A stretch of DNA of 64,000 nt. It comes from an uncultured Actinoplanes sp. (GTDB taxonomy: Bacteria > Actinomycetota > Actinomycetes > Mycobacteriales > Micromonosporaceae). Position numbers and translations under genes: made by a program. Shown one piece after another: positions 63,101 through 64,000 of this stretch. Below the pieces are notes generated by a model, which saw only the letters and a list, made by a program, of their open reading frames with translations, was not told the DNA's origin and made no database searches. Location: positions 2,714 to 66,713 of the forward strand of contig CAKUCL010000006.1 of the NCBI GenBank assembly GCA_934643405.1, written 5' to 3'. Position 1 is the stretch's first letter, and each line of letters opens with the position of its first letter.

Positions 63101-64000
63101 ATGACCGCCCCGGGCGTCACCAGGCAGTCCGCACCGGATTCCGCCGCCGGCCGGGCGAGCGGCGGCCTCGGCCGCAAGGTCCGCGACAACCTCACCGGCC
63201 ACGCGTTCCTGATCGGGGCGGTCTTCTGCTTCGCCCTGTTCATGTGGTTCCCGATGATCCGCGGCATCGTGATGAGCTTCCAGCGCACCCGCCGCGGCGA
63301 GACCTCCTGGGTGGGCTGGGACAACTACATCCGCATCGTCGCCGACCCCAGCTTCTGGATCGCCTGGCGGAACACGTTCCTCTTCACGGTTCTCGCGCTG
63401 GTGATCGGCTACGCGGTCCCGTTCTTCGTGGCGATCCTGCTCAACGAGCTGCGCCACGCCAAGGGATATCTGCGGATCCTGGTCTACCTGCCGGTGATGC
63501 TGCCGCCCGCGTCGGCGCTGTTCCTGTTCAAGTTCTACGCGTACGACCCGAGCGACGCCGGCCTGTTCAACGCGATCCTCAAGGCGCTGCACCTGCCCAC
63601 CTCGGAGTGGATGCAGTCGCCGCACATGACGATCCCGGCCATGGTCATCGCGTCGACCTGGATGAACATGGGCGGCGCGGTCCTGATCTATCTGGCCTCC
63701 CTGCAGAACATCCCCGGCGAGCTGTACGAGGCGGCGGAGCTGGACGGCGCCGGGATCTGGCGCCGCATCTGGAACGTGACGATCCCGCAGACCCGGCTGA
63801 TCCTCGCGCTGCTGGCCATGCTGCAGATCGTCGCCACCATGCAGCTGTTCATCGAGCCGCTGATCCTGGCCAACGGCGCCGGCACCCAGGACTCGGCGAC
63901 CTCGGTGGCGTACCTGATCTACCAGCACGGCTTCTTCCAGAACGACCTGAACGGCGCCGCGGCGCTCGGCGTGATCATGCTGCTGGTGCTGGCCGCCTTC
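63101..64000 (+). CDS. Sugar ABC transporter permease (MalF/UgpA-like), 3' end truncated by the window
   Basis: My own translation from ATG 63101 stays open to 64000 (MTAPGVTRQS...FLIGAVFCFALFMWFPMIRG... EAA loop YEAAELDGAGIWRRIWNVTIPQ). It is absent from the ORF track because no stop lies in the window. Confidence 0.85.
   Translation, partial: MTAPGVTRQSAPDSAAGRASGGLGRKVRDNLTGHAFLIGAVFCFALFMWFPMIRGIVMSFQRTRRGETSWVGWDNYIRIVADPSFWIAWRNTFLFTVLALVIGYAVPFFVAILLNELRHAKGYLRILVYLPVMLPPASALFLFKFYAYDPSDAGLFNAILKALHLPTSEWMQSPHMTIPAMVIASTWMNMGGAVLIYLASLQNIPGELYEAAELDGAGIWRRIWNVTIPQTRLILALLAMLQIVATMQLFIEPLILANGAGTQDSATSVAYLIYQHGFFQNDLNGAAALGVIMLLVLAAF

Noticed and set aside
1-64000. Search for rRNA, tRNA, prophage, toxin-antitoxin or known anti-phage defence loci
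   Set aside because: No cloverleaf-like or rRNA-like sequence is present in any intergenic region, and there are no phage structural or integrase genes. The only nuclease-fold candidate is the solitary DUF559 gene, which lacks partner genes typical of described defence systems.

Overview
By eye this is a very GC-rich (about 70% or more) actinomycete-type chromosomal segment. Real genes show strong GC3 bias, ATGA/GTGA translational coupling is frequent, and a mycothiol-type DinB protein is present. It may be Micromonosporaceae/Actinoplanes-like, but that cannot be verified here. I support about 60 protein genes and found no rRNA, tRNA or CRISPR.

Gene content in order:
- ABC-2 exporter with a NarL-type two-component system
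- ApbE/flavinylation electron-transfer cluster
- alkaline phosphatase
- c-di-GMP-I riboswitch in front of a 963-aa Calx-beta surface protein, convergent with a PAS-GGDEF-EAL protein
- TetR plus a heterodimeric ABC exporter
- sulfatase-like membrane protein
- XRE/DUF2178 pair
- cbiZ
- modABC plus an HTH-TOBE regulator
- ohr/araC
- a small decayed IS islet carrying a GNAT gene
- PrsW protease, SGNH hydrolase, MFS pumps
- an operon of NAD kinase-GNAT fusion, receiver-fused TrxR-like flavoprotein and cNMP-domain histidine kinase
- glutaminase
- ECF sigma factor
- a DUF559 gene bracketed by repeat tracts
- a cluster of GCS2/circularly-permuted-ATP-grasp fusion, AsnB-like amidotransferase and S9 peptidase
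- kynurenine-pathway operon
- a 1.16-kb ORF-less repeat-rich spacer
- LacI plus a sugar ABC operon, truncated at the window end

The best candidates for an undescribed system are:
1. the NADK-GNAT / REC-TrxR-like / cNMP-HK operon;
2. the ligase-ligase-amidotransferase-peptidase cluster, which looks like a variant small peptide-amide pathway;
3. the ApbE cluster, whose only candidate substrate is a tiny secreted peptide ending in a flavinylation-like motif.

Non-coding structure worth a second look includes two tandem arrays of a nested-hairpin REP-like element, a G-tract (G-quadruplex-prone) spacer and several short tandem duplications.

All functional calls rest on motif and family recognition by eye. 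No database search was run. Coordinates of non-CDS features may be off by 1-2 nt.
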